Of a DNA stretch of 64,000 nucleotides, positions 19,438-29,662 are shown in pieces; position 1 is the stretch's first letter; every line of letters starts with the position of its first letter. The DNA is from a virus, in IMG/VR virus record IMGVR_UViG_3300009152_000004, positions 5,058-69,057 of that record. The stretch is one strand, 5' to 3'. The notes under the pieces were generated by a model, which saw only the letters and a program-made list of their open reading frames with translations, was not told where the DNA came from and searched no databases. A program made the translations under genes and the position numbers.

Positions 19438-21813
19438 CTAGTTGGGTAGATCAGCGAAATTTACCACGTCTGTTTTCCCGCCGGTGTCACCCGAAGGTAC
19501 CGCACCCGCCATTGCTTTGGCGGTTTCTGACTGGATCAGTTTACCGATATTATCCAACTGTACCTGTTCTTCAGGTTTGATTTTACCAGCAGCGGCCTTT
19601 TGTTGCAGCGCCGTATACATTGGGTACCGATCACGTACTTTGTCTTGGATCGCAGCCAGAACCCGGGCGCGTTTGGTATCAGCATCCTGCTGGCGCACGT
19701 AGTTCAGTGAATCGCGTTGGGTTCTATTACCTTCTGCCACGGCAGCGGTGCGACGATCTTCAGCGCCGATCTTAGCCACGGTCTCAAAGCGCTTCTCACC
19801 CAGTTCAGCAACCTTGAGTTCAGTGGTAGCGATGGCTTTGTTGTAGGCGTCACGGGCGGTACGAACACGATCCCCCGCAGCGATAGCGTCCTTCTCAATA
19901 CCCATGCGCTCTGCACGATCCAGACGTTTCTCTGCCAGCACCAGCTTATTGCGCTCACGTTCCGCGTTGCGGAAATCTTTATTGATTGAGCCCAGTTCCT
20001 TCGTCGTGAGGCCGAGACCTTCCGCAAAGTTCTTCAGCATGTATGGAGAAGTGCCCGCAGCCGCCGCGAACCCACCCATAGCCACGGCCAGCCAGCGGTC
20101 TTTATCACGATCTTGCACGGCGGTCTTGGCTTCTTCTTTGAACATGTCGAGCCGCTCTTTGATATCGTCCGGGATTTCTTTGCGCAATGCGTCCCTACGG
20201 GCAGTGGTTGCGTCTTCGGCGGTACCCAGATTATCTCGCTCAGTTTGCAGGGACTTGGTGATGCTGGACAGATCGGGGCCTTTGGCACTTAGTTGGGGTG
20301 CTCTTACTGTGCTAGCAGCTTGTGCTGTGGGTGCGGGTTGTGGGGTTGGCGCGATTTGCGGCGTCGTTGGCTTGGCATAAACAGTCGGTTCCGGTTCGTT
20401 GGCTGAGAATGCCGCGATGCCGCCCGGAGCTACCGGCGCTTGTTGTGCTTGCGCACGTTGTTCTGCGATGGCCTGTAGACGTTTAGCGCGTTCCTCTTCC
20501 GCTGGCGTGGCGTAAGTGCGAGGACGGTTGTATGCGTCCTTAAAGAACTTGGCAATACCACCCAACATACCTACACCACCACCATCATCAAACGCGACGA
20601 TCCCACCACCTGCGTAGTCGGCGCTTTCCATAACACCAGTGTCCATACCGGCGATACCACCCAGCACAGTACCTTGGGGCTCACCGGCTTGCAGGGCTTG
20701 GTAGTTCTGGCTGCTCTGGCGCATCTGTTGCACCTTCTGCGTAGCCATCATTTTCTCAAGCGGTGTGGCATTGGCCTGCGAGATAACCTGCTGCGGGTTC
20801 GGGCTGGACAGCGCCACTTTGATCAGCTTTGACACATTCGATGCCAGACCACCCTCACTACCGACTTCACCGCCGATAGCAAACTTCTTGACCGCGCCAC
20901 CCTCTTTAAATGCTTTTGACAGACCCAGTGCACCGAGACCTAAACCGCCGATTTGAGACGCGATGTTTGGCTGCTGCTGGTAGGAGTACATGGTCTGATT
21001 GGGGGACACTACAGAGCCGCGCAAGAGGGAACTCAGGTTCTGCAATTGCGTCCACGGATATTGCTGCTGGCGCATGAACTCTTCGTACTTCTGATCGATA
21101 CCTTGTTGCGCCTGCGCTTGTTGAATACCGCCAGCCTGCTGCTGCGCTTGATTGATACCCATCTGTTGGTTGTATGAACTCTGACCCAGTTGGCCCAACG
21201 TGCCAGCAGCTTGACCTGCCGTCTGGAGACCCTGAAGCCCCGCCGTGGTACCGAACTGCAACGACTTCTGTGCTTGGTCAAATGCGTTCTGAGTGCCGGT
21301 TGCTTGGATACCCGCCAGTTGGTTCTGCAGGTTACGGTTGGCTTCCGATTCTACGAGCGCATGGCGAGTGCCACCAAACGCACCGGCCTTTGACGCACCA
21401 GCGCCAATACTCGGGAGCCCACGGTTGTAGTCCTGAACCGCTTGGTTTTTCTGCCAGTCGACCACGTTCTGCATATACGGCGACATGTATGACTGCATGG
21501 CTTGCGGTGAGGTGGCTTGTTGCATGTAGTTGTTGCCAGCATTGAGCCCGCCGATGCCAGCCATACCCGCCATACCAGCACCCTGCCCCATTAGGGGTGA
21601 CACGCCCATGTTACCAACATTTTCAAATGCCTGATTCTGCAAGCCGGTAAAATCCGCAACGCGCTGACCGGTGTAGGGTTGGTACGAAGTTTGAGACGCG
21701 GCTTGACCGCGATTCATTATGTCTTCGAAATATGGCCGAGCGTATTCAGGAATGTTTGAGGTCGTTTGCTGTACAGTGCTAGGCTGTTGTGGTGCGCTTG
21801 ATCCCTTACCCAT
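19438..21813 (-). CDS. internal virion (DNA ejection/pilot) protein
   Basis: Gln/Gly/Ala-rich, GAFGGTR motif, coiled coils; probable start MGKGSS. Confidence 0.7.
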   Translation of the reverse strand: MGKGSSAPQQPSTVQQTTSNIPEYARPYFEDIMNRGQAASQTSYQPYTGQRVADFTGLQNQAFENVGNMGVSPLMGQGAGMAGMAGIGGLNAGNNYMQQATSPQAMQSYMSPYMQNVVDWQKNQAVQDYNRGLPSIGAGASKAGAFGGTRHALVESEANRNLQNQLAGIQATGTQNAFDQAQKSLQFGTTAGLQGLQTAGQAAGTLGQLGQSSYNQQMGINQAQQQAGGIQQAQAQQGIDQKYEEFMRQQQYPWTQLQNLSSLLRGSVVSPNQTMYSYQQQPNIASQIGGLGLGALGLSKAFKEGGAVKKFAIGGEVGSEGGLASNVSKLIKVALSSPNPQQVISQANATPLEKMMATQKVQQMRQSSQNYQALQAGEPQGTVLGGIAGMDTGVMESADYAGGGIVAFDDGGGVGMLGGIAKFFKDAYNRPRTYATPAEEERAKRLQAIAEQRAQAQQAPVAPGGIAAFSANEPEPTVYAKPTTPQIAPTPQPAPTAQAASTVRAPQLSAKGPDLSSITKSLQTERDNLGTAEDATTARRDALRKEIPDDIKERLDMFKEEAKTAVQDRDKDRWLAVAMGGFAAAAGTSPYMLKNFAEGLGLTTKELGSINKDFRNAERERNKLVLAEKRLDRAERMGIEKDAIAAGDRVRTARDAYNKAIATTELKVAELGEKRFETVAKIGAEDRRTAAVAEGNRTQRDSLNYVRQQDADTKRARVLAAIQDKVRDRYPMYTALQQKAAAGKIKPEEQVQLDNIGKLIQSETAKAMAGAVPSGDTGGKTDVVNFADLPN

Positions 21814-21815
21814 AG

Positions 21816-22418
21816 TTACACCTCTTCCGGCATATCGGGCCATGCCCGGTTTAATTTGCGAATATTCTCAGAACCTACGAGTAACTGCATATTAGCATGA
21901 ACATGCAACCCACACACGAGAGGGCTGGTGATCGGCACTACGTGGTCCACATGCCATAACACCCCCGTGGCTCTGGATAATTCGCGGGCTTTTTTATACA
22001 GCAGCCGAATACCTGTTATATCTGCCCACTTTGGGGTTGCCTGTTTTTTGTTCACCTGATAACGCCGACATTTTTCTGCCCCCTGCACTTTCATTTGTTC
22101 GCTTGTGGCATACCGCTCACGTTCATATGCGTTATGGCTTGCTAGGTTAGCGCTGCGCCATTTTTTGCACGCGGCCTTGTGTTTGCCCATATTCGCATTG
22201 CGCCACGCATATATTTTTTCTCGGGACGTGATTTTATTCTCTTTGTACCGTTGGTTAGTTTGTGCACGGATATGGACTCGATTGGCTTTGTACCGCGCAG
22301 CCGTATATGCACTAGCGCACTCGCGGCATTTATTTGTGCGGCCATTTGCGGACCTTGAGTGTTTTTGGAACATCTCAAGCGTTTTCTCCACCCCGCAATA
22401 TTTGCACGTCTTAATCAC
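21816..22418 (-). CDS. HNH homing endonuclease
   Basis: N-terminal CxxC, TPKWAD, WHVDHVVP...VCGLHVHAN...EN..K.N. Confidence 0.85.
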   Translation of the reverse strand: MIKTCKYCGVEKTLEMFQKHSRSANGRTNKCRECASAYTAARYKANRVHIRAQTNQRYKENKITSREKIYAWRNANMGKHKAACKKWRSANLASHNAYERERYATSEQMKVQGAEKCRRYQVNKKQATPKWADITGIRLLYKKARELSRATGVLWHVDHVVPITSPLVCGLHVHANMQLLVGSENIRKLNRAWPDMPEEV

Positions 22419-22837
22419 ACATATTCCTTCTCAAATAGCCGGTAGGTTTCCTTCAGGCCGTGCTTCTCCAGCACTTTACCCCAACCCTTGCGACCGGTGA
22501 ACTCCATACCATCCAGTTTACTGTCAACCGCCCAGCGGTCAATCAGTGCCATCATTTCATCTTGCCATTCATCCAATTTGTCGCCAGCGCAGAAGGTCAT
22601 ATCAACCATCCGTTTGCACGGGTATGTTTTTACCGTGGTGATCACAATCCCATAAATCTTGCCCGCTTCGTTTTCGTCATAGGCCACCCACAGATTAGAC
22701 GCCCCCGAGAACAGCATGTTGAACACATCATCAACCCCCATACGACCATTAGTCCGATCCACTGCGCGGGCCACATATTCGATTACCGACCCAAACACAT
22801 TACTTATGTGCCCATGTGGGATTGCTGAACATTTCAT
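22415..22837 (-). CDS. virion assembly protein with GNAT-like fold
   Basis: GRKGW motif; position before the ejection proteins as in podoviruses. Confidence 0.5.
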   Translation of the reverse strand: MKCSAIPHGHISNVFGSVIEYVARAVDRTNGRMGVDDVFNMLFSGASNLWVAYDENEAGKIYGIVITTVKTYPCKRMVDMTFCAGDKLDEWQDEMMALIDRWAVDSKLDGMEFTGRKGWGKVLEKHGLKETYRLFEKEYV

Positions 22838-23895
22838 ACGGGGAGCAGCCTATCAGGATTCGTGTCTACTGCGATTTTGTCCTTGCCAACCGTCTTACTT
22901 CGGGCTTTCTGCACGCGCTCCATCATCTCATAAAGCCTACGCGCCCCGGCTTTTGTGGAGCCATTACCCAGTTCCGACACAATTCGGGCCGGTATAACAA
23001 ATTCTCCGTCTGCCAGTGCAGCACGCTGGGGCTCTTCGCCATTGATTACAGCCGGGATAGAGTCAGATACACCGTCACCCGGGCCGTCCAGCAGCTTACC
23101 GCCGGCGGCATAGTCACCGATACCCCCACCCGCCGCGTAGTTGGGCTGCAGATGCCCCTTGTCGGTGAAGTAGTAACCCCCCGGTGCGGACTCATCATAC
23201 GGTCGTGTAAACGGTTTGGAGAGTTGTGCGTTAACCCCGCTACCCTCCGGGGAACCCACTGGACTGAACTGCGGTTGTTCGAACCCACCCATCGCCCCGA
23301 GCGCCCCTACCCCCAACGCACCGGCAGCGTATTTATTGTCCTTCAAAAACGCCATCGGATCACTGGCTGCGGACTGGATACCAGCACCGGCCTTGTCCAT
23401 AAAACTCATCGACTGCATGGGTGCCAAATCCGCCACCTGCCCCGGAAGACCCCCCAATCCAGCCGCCGCATCAGCCGCGTTTTGCGCAGCCAGCCAATTT
23501 TGTGCCCCAGCCTGTTCACCAGCCTGTAGCACGCTACCCATATTCTCACCAGCAGCCGAACCGGGGCCAAACAACGCAGCCCCGCCTCCAGCCAGCAGCC
23601 CGCTCATCAGAGCGCTGCCCGCATCTTTTCCAGTAGCTAGAGAGGCCAAGCCAGAACCTAGCCCAACGCCCCATGCGGGAACGCCCATCATGGTCAGACC
23701 AATGCCAGCTACGGCGGGGAGGATATCTTGAAGAAACCCGGCTTCCGGGAGTCCAGTTTGTGGGTGTATGGTCAATGATCCACCAGCGGCTTTCGCCAAT
23801 GCCTGCAACCCACCGACTTCCCGTGGGCTCATGTGCACCAGCAGTGAATCCCCATCCCGGCCAAGCGAGGCCAGCCCCGCAGCGACATCTTTCAT
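22834..23895 (-). CDS. internal virion protein
   Basis: LASLGRDGDSLLVH, P.TGLPEA, GPGDGVSDSIPA, LADGEFVIP motifs. Confidence 0.7.
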   Translation of the reverse strand: MKDVAAGLASLGRDGDSLLVHMSPREVGGLQALAKAAGGSLTIHPQTGLPEAGFLQDILPAVAGIGLTMMGVPAWGVGLGSGLASLATGKDAGSALMSGLLAGGGAALFGPGSAAGENMGSVLQAGEQAGAQNWLAAQNAADAAAGLGGLPGQVADLAPMQSMSFMDKAGAGIQSAASDPMAFLKDNKYAAGALGVGALGAMGGFEQPQFSPVGSPEGSGVNAQLSKPFTRPYDESAPGGYYFTDKGHLQPNYAAGGGIGDYAAGGKLLDGPGDGVSDSIPAVINGEEPQRAALADGEFVIPARIVSELGNGSTKAGARRLYEMMERVQKARSKTVGKDKIAVDTNPDRLLPV

Positions 23896-23928
23896 AGAAC
23901 CCCCAGAATTTGTTGGGATATTACCATC

Positions 23929-24438
23929 TTACGTATGTGCCGTGTATAGGTAGTATCGGACGTTCCAAACCACATTATTGCCTACCGCCCCGGTTACCCG
24001 AAGCAGGGCATCACCCCCACTCGCAGACAATGTGCAACTCCATCCAGCCTGATCTTCAGCCGTAAACACGGCAGTTTCACCAATTTCTGTGGCCGTACCC
24101 GCCACGTTTTTATACGCTGCATCAATTACATACGCCGCGCCATCTTCCGCCGTTCCGGACACTCCACCAGTTCTACGCGCCACTACATGCGCTTCAATCA
24201 AAACCGTGGTCTCTGACGGTATAGTAATGGTCGCCAAAGTCGTGGTTGTCGCGTCGGTGGTTTGGACCGAGTAGATGTGTGCGGGATCAGCCCGCAACTG
24301 GGACAGGTAGTTGTCGATGGTCGCAAAATACAGCCGTAGAGCATTGTGGAACTGCTCTTGAGAACGGGCGTCGTAGGCTTGCGGCGCAAGCGGAATATTC
24401 GGGGCTTTTGACGGACGCAGTTCGGTCGGGTTCGCCAT
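23929..24438 (-). CDS. virion structural protein
   Basis: ORF coupled to the tail gene; LRLYF motif. Confidence 0.6.
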   Translation of the reverse strand: MANPTELRPSKAPNIPLAPQAYDARSQEQFHNALRLYFATIDNYLSQLRADPAHIYSVQTTDATTTTLATITIPSETTVLIEAHVVARRTGGVSGTAEDGAAYVIDAAYKNVAGTATEIGETAVFTAEDQAGWSCTLSASGGDALLRVTGAVGNNVVWNVRYYLYTAHT

Positions 24439-26534
24439 TAGCGTCTACCATCCGGGCGAATATCAATACGGGGGGTTCCCAACTGCCAGTTAACCCCGGT
24501 CTCTGTGGACTCAATACGGTAGGCCATCTGCCGCCCCCGAATGCGGGTGTACACCTGCCCGGTAAATTGTTCGACCGGATAAGTGGCGGTGCGCTCTACA
24601 CGCGGGGCATCTGGGGTGCCGTATTGGGTTCCCGAATTTTGTCGCGGTTTAACGACCATATTCAATGTCGGGGTGGTAGCCGTTGAGCCATCAAACGTAA
24701 TGTCCGGCAGGATACGCCACACAAACCCAAAGTTGTGCCCGTCACCGATGTCAAAGTCCGACGACTGGATGTAAGACTCCATGGGTAGCGGAGGGTTTAC
24801 GATGCCGTCATCAACGCCGGTTTCGTGGTAGATCAACTGGTTCGCGGCAATATACGTTACAGGTACATATTGTGCATGAGATGCGGCGGTAGTCCCATCT
24901 ACACCACGAACGCATCCGGACAACGCAGACCCGTTGTTGCTGGTGTAGGAAATCTTTTCCGACTCAATGATAATTGTCCCTTCGTTTGGGTATGAGGAGG
25001 CATTGAGTAACGGGATAGACGTAATCGTACTATCAATCGCGGTGTCTAAATACGAGTTCTGCACGCTGAACGCCGCCATGGGGAATTGCCGCAAGGGGCT
25101 GTCCAACCACGCGGTGCGGTTGATGGTCCCGTAATACCAAATATTTTCAAGGTAGTTGAAGATCACATACCGGTTGTTGGATTGACTATCGGCGGACGGG
25201 TATAGCCACCACACCTCACTGAAACCCTCATTCGAACCCGATACAATCTGAAACGCCTGATCCTTGTTCAAGTCCCCGAAAACGTATTGGCGCACGGTGC
25301 AGGGTATCGTCTCTACGCGACCTGCGTATGAAAAGAACTTATCCACACCCATCCAGAATGTGACGTTGTTGACCGTAGTGGCCGCTTGCGGGGAGATAAT
25401 GGAGATGTTATCCATCAAAACAGTAAACCCCCACACATATGGCGGGCCTAGATATTGCATGGAATACAGCGCGGTATCTGACCAGATCAGAATCTCTTGC
25501 CGCGTGATTTCAGCACACACCAGCAATGAACCATGCGCCAACCGCTGTTCACCGGACTGATTACTTGTAGTCGGCACCCAGTCAAATTCATTCTCTTGGT
25601 CTGACCATCGGACAAGCATTGGGTCGAACGTGGTCTCAGTATCTGCTGGGTCGTATGGGTTTGAACCAATAGCAAGAGCAAAACGCTGGATGCCTGACGC
25701 GATCACTTGATATGTTGAATTGGGTACATAGTCACCGACATACCCAGCATTGTCGGCAGCGTCTGCCAGCAGAATACCTCGGGGGTATGTAGAGGTGTCC
25801 ACTTCCCAGTAGTAGATTTCTCCGCCACGTTGGGCGAACACCAAGTTCTCACCAAAATTATCATTCGACCACAACAGCAACTGCTGTGCGACACCGACTG
25901 TAGTGGCGGAACCCCACGTACCACGGCTCCATACCCCCGCCCCCCAACCAGTACCTGTGGTGTATGTGGCGTTACCGGCGTTGATTTGATACGCGGCGCT
26001 GACAGCGGCTCCGCCACCCGTCGTGGTTGCATTGGCTGCGGTTGCTGAAACAATCGTGTATGTGTTGCCGTCTATTACCGAAATAACTTCATACTCGCCG
26101 TTCAATGTCAGACCCGCCACAGCCGACGCCCCAGAGTATGTCACAAAAGTCCCAGCGGACGTGCCATGTGAGGTATCAGTAACGGTAACCAGCTTACTGC
26201 CATTGGTGGTGGCGAATGGGTCGGTATTTATGGTGGCAGTAACCCGCAGCGGGGTGATGTCGAAATACCGCCCGCCGTTCTCAATATAGTATTTTTGGTT
26301 CGTCCCAACCGCTGCTAGATTTGCGAAACCCAAAGTAACCCAGTTCCACAGTATCCGGCACACGCCTTTGTATGTGTATAGAGAGGTGTCAGATATGCTT
26401 ACCCATCCACCCAGTTTCTGCGGGAAACCCGAACGGAACCGAGCCTTGTCGATGTCGAACCACCCACCCTCATTTGAGTAGTTAGTTGATTCTCGGTTGA
26501 CCCCCGGCTTGAACTGTAGTTTCTGGAGCGGCAT
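24438..26534 (-). CDS. tail nozzle / head-closure (tail tubular B, P22 gp10-like) protein
   Basis: 698 aa, beta-rich, VRWSDQE motif, C-terminal PDGRR. Confidence 0.7.
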   Translation of the reverse strand: MPLQKLQFKPGVNRESTNYSNEGGWFDIDKARFRSGFPQKLGGWVSISDTSLYTYKGVCRILWNWVTLGFANLAAVGTNQKYYIENGGRYFDITPLRVTATINTDPFATTNGSKLVTVTDTSHGTSAGTFVTYSGASAVAGLTLNGEYEVISVIDGNTYTIVSATAANATTTGGGAAVSAAYQINAGNATYTTGTGWGAGVWSRGTWGSATTVGVAQQLLLWSNDNFGENLVFAQRGGEIYYWEVDTSTYPRGILLADAADNAGYVGDYVPNSTYQVIASGIQRFALAIGSNPYDPADTETTFDPMLVRWSDQENEFDWVPTTSNQSGEQRLAHGSLLVCAEITRQEILIWSDTALYSMQYLGPPYVWGFTVLMDNISIISPQAATTVNNVTFWMGVDKFFSYAGRVETIPCTVRQYVFGDLNKDQAFQIVSGSNEGFSEVWWLYPSADSQSNNRYVIFNYLENIWYYGTINRTAWLDSPLRQFPMAAFSVQNSYLDTAIDSTITSIPLLNASSYPNEGTIIIESEKISYTSNNGSALSGCVRGVDGTTAASHAQYVPVTYIAANQLIYHETGVDDGIVNPPLPMESYIQSSDFDIGDGHNFGFVWRILPDITFDGSTATTPTLNMVVKPRQNSGTQYGTPDAPRVERTATYPVEQFTGQVYTRIRGRQMAYRIESTETGVNWQLGTPRIDIRPDGRR

Positions 26535-26537
26535 CGA

Positions 26538-26981
26538 TTACCCCCGTACGTACGGGCGTGTGCCCTGCTTGTCTATGATCAACCGGGAGTGGCGGATCGG
26601 CGCTATCGGGGTATTCGGCACTGAGATATGCACCCACGACTCATACTCCAAAATGATCTGATCGTAGGGCAATTTTGCCTCAATACACGCCTTGAATACC
26701 TCACGCGGGGTCATACCCGCTACTTTGATATCGGCGGCACACCCAATACGGTGTTGACTCGCGTCAGTGGAGCCCACGGCGTCATTCAGTTGCTTGGAGC
26801 GATACCCCGAAGTAACTATCACTGCACGACCACCAGTCGCTGACTTTACCTGTTGTAGCAACTGCGCAAGGCGCTTGAGATTCTCGATTGTTTTTTCATC
26901 AGGCGTGTTATCCCAGCCGTGCCGCGCAGCCGTAGCGGATGCAGTGAGTTCTTCCAGCGTGAAATTCGCGGTCAGTTTCAT
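26538..26981 (-). CDS. endolysin, peptidase M15A
   Basis: NFTLEEL, TSGYRS..LN.AVG, SQH..G.AAD, WVHIS. Confidence 0.9.
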   Translation of the reverse strand: MKLTANFTLEELTASATAARHGWDNTPDEKTIENLKRLAQLLQQVKSATGGRAVIVTSGYRSKQLNDAVGSTDASQHRIGCAADIKVAGMTPREVFKACIEAKLPYDQIILEYESWVHISVPNTPIAPIRHSRLIIDKQGTRPYVRG

Positions 26982-27508
26982 TTTTTAGCGCCACCCCACA
27001 CCTCAATACCTTTTCCGATTTGGCGCAGCCCCGCGTACGCCCAAGGCAAGGTCAGCAGCAGACTGATAATATAGAGGTCCATATCGTTGATCTCACCAGT
27101 GCGCAGCCCGACGTAAATAAACGCCATGACCAAACTGGCCCACGATTGCAGCGGGCGGGTGCGGCGCACTACAATATCTTCGGCGTTATCGCCGGAACGG
27201 ATTGTCTCTTGGGTCTCTTTATGCGCAGCCTGTTGGTCTTCTAGGCGCAGTTTTTCCATGTCGTGGATATGTTGACGGATCGCCGCTTCTTCTTGGATGG
27301 CGAGTTCTTTCAGTCGCACTATTGTGGCGGGGTCGGCCTGAAATGCTTGCAGTGCCTTTGCGGGATCATCCGACCCAGTGGCGCTACTCACCAAAGAAAC
27401 GCCCGCAGCGACTGCGCCCGGGATATTACCCGTGAGGAGTGATCCAACCAGCGCAGCCCCCGCACCCGCGTTATCTTTAAGCCATGCTCCTACCTGTGAC
27501 CATTCCAT
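26978..27508 (-). CDS. holin (3TM-type)
   Basis: Hydrophobic segments, RRTRP motif, adjacent to the endolysin. Confidence 0.65.
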   Translation of the reverse strand: MEWSQVGAWLKDNAGAGAALVGSLLTGNIPGAVAAGVSLVSSATGSDDPAKALQAFQADPATIVRLKELAIQEEAAIRQHIHDMEKLRLEDQQAAHKETQETIRSGDNAEDIVVRRTRPLQSWASLVMAFIYVGLRTGEINDMDLYIISLLLTLPWAYAGLRQIGKGIEVWGGAKK

Positions 27509-27518
27509 AAAGCACCTC

Positions 27519-28520
27519 TTACGTTTTCATAATGTAGGCCAACGCGTAGTACGGCGGCAGGTTGGCGTTCGTTCCCGATGCGCCGGAGGAGTCCACCGAT
27601 ATGCCGGTTGTCGCCGACGCAGTAGTGCCAGTCGCCCCCGTTGGGCTCCACACCCCGGTCACCGCGCCGTTCAGGGCTGTGTTGGCCCCGAAATTGGCTA
27701 TGTCGTGGTCGTGGCCCGGGTCCGTTACTGTGTGAGTATGCGCCACATTAATTGCATTAGCAGAACCGCCAGTCGCAGCAACGGCGTAGGTAGACCCCGC
27801 GCCCACAACGAACCTATTGCGTAAATCAGGCGTGCTGTTGGTGCCGTCGCATATAACCCAACCCGACGGTATCGTGCCCACACTACCCGACCACAGCAGG
27901 ATCACCCCGCTCGGTATCAGCGTCTGAAATGTAGGTTTCGCTGCCGCCCCATTGCTGGTCAACACCTGTCCGGCGGTACCTACACCCGCCACCGACTGCA
28001 CCGCGCCCGTTGAGGTGGTGCCTCCACAGAGGACCGCATAGGCCGTATTTGATGTCGTCCCAGTACCTCCAGACGCCACACCTAGTGCTGTGCCTAGAGA
28101 CAGCAGCGACTGGTAGTTGGTGGCGTCTTCCACATCAGTACCATCACACACCAGCAGGACTTTTGCCCCGTTGGGGACTGACACACCGGTCTGCCCGGTG
28201 ACTTTTACCGTAACGGCGTAACCACCAGTGGTGTTGTTGTAGATCACATATAGTTTTTTCTTCGCGGGGACTTCCAGCACGCGTGCCCCGGTCAAGGCTC
28301 CAGTGCACTCAATCGCCATATTCCGGGCTACACCAGAAGCGCCGTTCGGGATTGTAATGACTGTGGCGGCACCATCAGTGATTGCTTGGGTTACATACCC
28401 GCTAATCGCCTGCTCAATCAGGGTGCCAAGGTTGGCATTTGTAGTGGTTCCCCAAGTACCCGACTGCTCACCGTTCCCGATAAGTTCGATACCAAGGTTT
28501 GTTGAATAGGTCGACGCCAT
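27519..28520 (-). CDS. tail fibre protein with tail-collar domain
   Basis: MASTYS..GE.SGTWG N-terminus; IPSGWVICDGTN.TPDLRNRFVVG...NLPPYYALAYIMK collar signature. Confidence 0.85.
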   Translation of the reverse strand: MASTYSTNLGIELIGNGEQSGTWGTTTNANLGTLIEQAISGYVTQAITDGAATVITIPNGASGVARNMAIECTGALTGARVLEVPAKKKLYVIYNNTTGGYAVTVKVTGQTGVSVPNGAKVLLVCDGTDVEDATNYQSLLSLGTALGVASGGTGTTSNTAYAVLCGGTTSTGAVQSVAGVGTAGQVLTSNGAAAKPTFQTLIPSGVILLWSGSVGTIPSGWVICDGTNSTPDLRNRFVVGAGSTYAVAATGGSANAINVAHTHTVTDPGHDHDIANFGANTALNGAVTGVWSPTGATGTTASATTGISVDSSGASGTNANLPPYYALAYIMKT

Positions 28521-28569
28521 TTGGTTATCCTTTTAGAGCATTCACAATACTACATTTGTACGTCACTCG

Positions 28570-28932
28570 CTACTGGACCCAGTTGGGGGTTTGGGCATCG
28601 TTTATATCCACCCAAAACGACGTTTGCCCATCATCAACCGCCACCCAACCCGGGCTACCTGACGGGCTTACTGGGGTCCAACCCGGGCTACCTGACGGGC
28701 TTACTGGGGTCCAAATTGCACCGTTCCCGGCGTCGATCACAGACCAAATTGTAACCGATCCCAGCGCACCTGTGGCATACACCCCCAGCGGTGTAACCGT
28801 GCAACCCAAGGCCACCGAAACAGTGCCAACCTCGCCCGTTCCCAACACCCCCGTAACCGATACTGTGACCGTAACGGCTTCAATTTGGAATCCATTGTTT
28901 TGGAACGCATCAAATTGAAACGCAGTAGCCAC
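28570..28932 (-). CDS. virion protein with Trp-spaced 11-aa repeats
   Basis: AFQFDAFQNN N-terminus; W every 11 residues in the C-terminus. Confidence 0.65.
   Translation of the reverse strand: MATAFQFDAFQNNGFQIEAVTVTVSVTGVLGTGEVGTVSVALGCTVTPLGVYATGALGSVTIWSVIDAGNGAIWTPVSPSGSPGWTPVSPSGSPGWVAVDDGQTSFWVDINDAQTPNWVQ
28648..28713. repeat. perfect 33-bp tandem duplication
   Basis: ACCCGGGCTACCTGACGGGCTTACTGGGGTCCA x2. Confidence 0.95.
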
Positions 28933-28944
28933 AGCCCGCCCCGG

Positions 28945-29499
28945 TTAGTTTTTGGTCAGAGTCACGATCATATCAGCCGCTACATTCAAATAGTGTGTCT
29001 GGGCAAACGCCTGCACTTCCTGACTTCGGCTATCCCATGGAACCGCCAAATTGTTGCCACCTGAGAAATCAAAGTCGCAGGTATATCCGCAGTGGGGGGC
29101 ATTTTGATCACGCCAGCCCCTGTTCAAGTAATAGAAAGAGAAGCCGCAAACCGGAGGCCATTGATGTGTGGGATCACCATAAGCCCGCTCGCTCGTCCAA
29201 CTCGGAACAATGATTGTGGCTTGCGCACGGTGGCGTAACACCCGAAATAGCTCATTGAAGAAGTGCACCCGTTCAGCGCCGGTAAGATGCTCAAGAAAAT
29301 GGCTGGAGTGAACCGCATCCACCGATCCATCCTTCCACGGCCACGGCTTGCGGAGGTCCATTACGGTGTCAACCTTACCGTCAAATGGTAACGCATCAAC
29401 GCCATGAAACCCTTCGCGCTTGTTCGGGCCGCAACCCAAATCCAGCCTGATGATTTCAGGTGCCGCGACCGCTTTCAGTTTTTTCTTTGTGCTAGCCAT
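28945..29499 (-). CDS. class I SAM-dependent methyltransferase
   Basis: LDLGCG, SHFLEHL, ELFRVL, DPTH motifs. Confidence 0.88.
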   Translation of the reverse strand: MASTKKKLKAVAAPEIIRLDLGCGPNKREGFHGVDALPFDGKVDTVMDLRKPWPWKDGSVDAVHSSHFLEHLTGAERVHFFNELFRVLRHRAQATIIVPSWTSERAYGDPTHQWPPVCGFSFYYLNRGWRDQNAPHCGYTCDFDFSGGNNLAVPWDSRSQEVQAFAQTHYLNVAADMIVTLTKN

Positions 29500-29662
29500 G
29501 TAGTGAGTCCTCTTTTTCAGTTTTTACAGCAGCCAAAACTGCAGCATCGCGTTGCTGGAATAAACGCAGTGCATCAAAGCCTACATCAACGCACCGCTGC
29601 AGGGATTCATCCGGGAGCCTCGCGCAAAACTCTTGCTCCAGCTTTTGTCTGTCGGTGTTCAC
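29492..29662 (-). CDS. small hypothetical protein
   Basis: Translated by hand, GTG start overlapping the upstream stop, 56 aa. Confidence 0.45.
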   Translation of the reverse strand: MNTDRQKLEQEFCARLPDESLQRCVDVGFDALRLFQQRDAAVLAAVKTEKEDSLHG

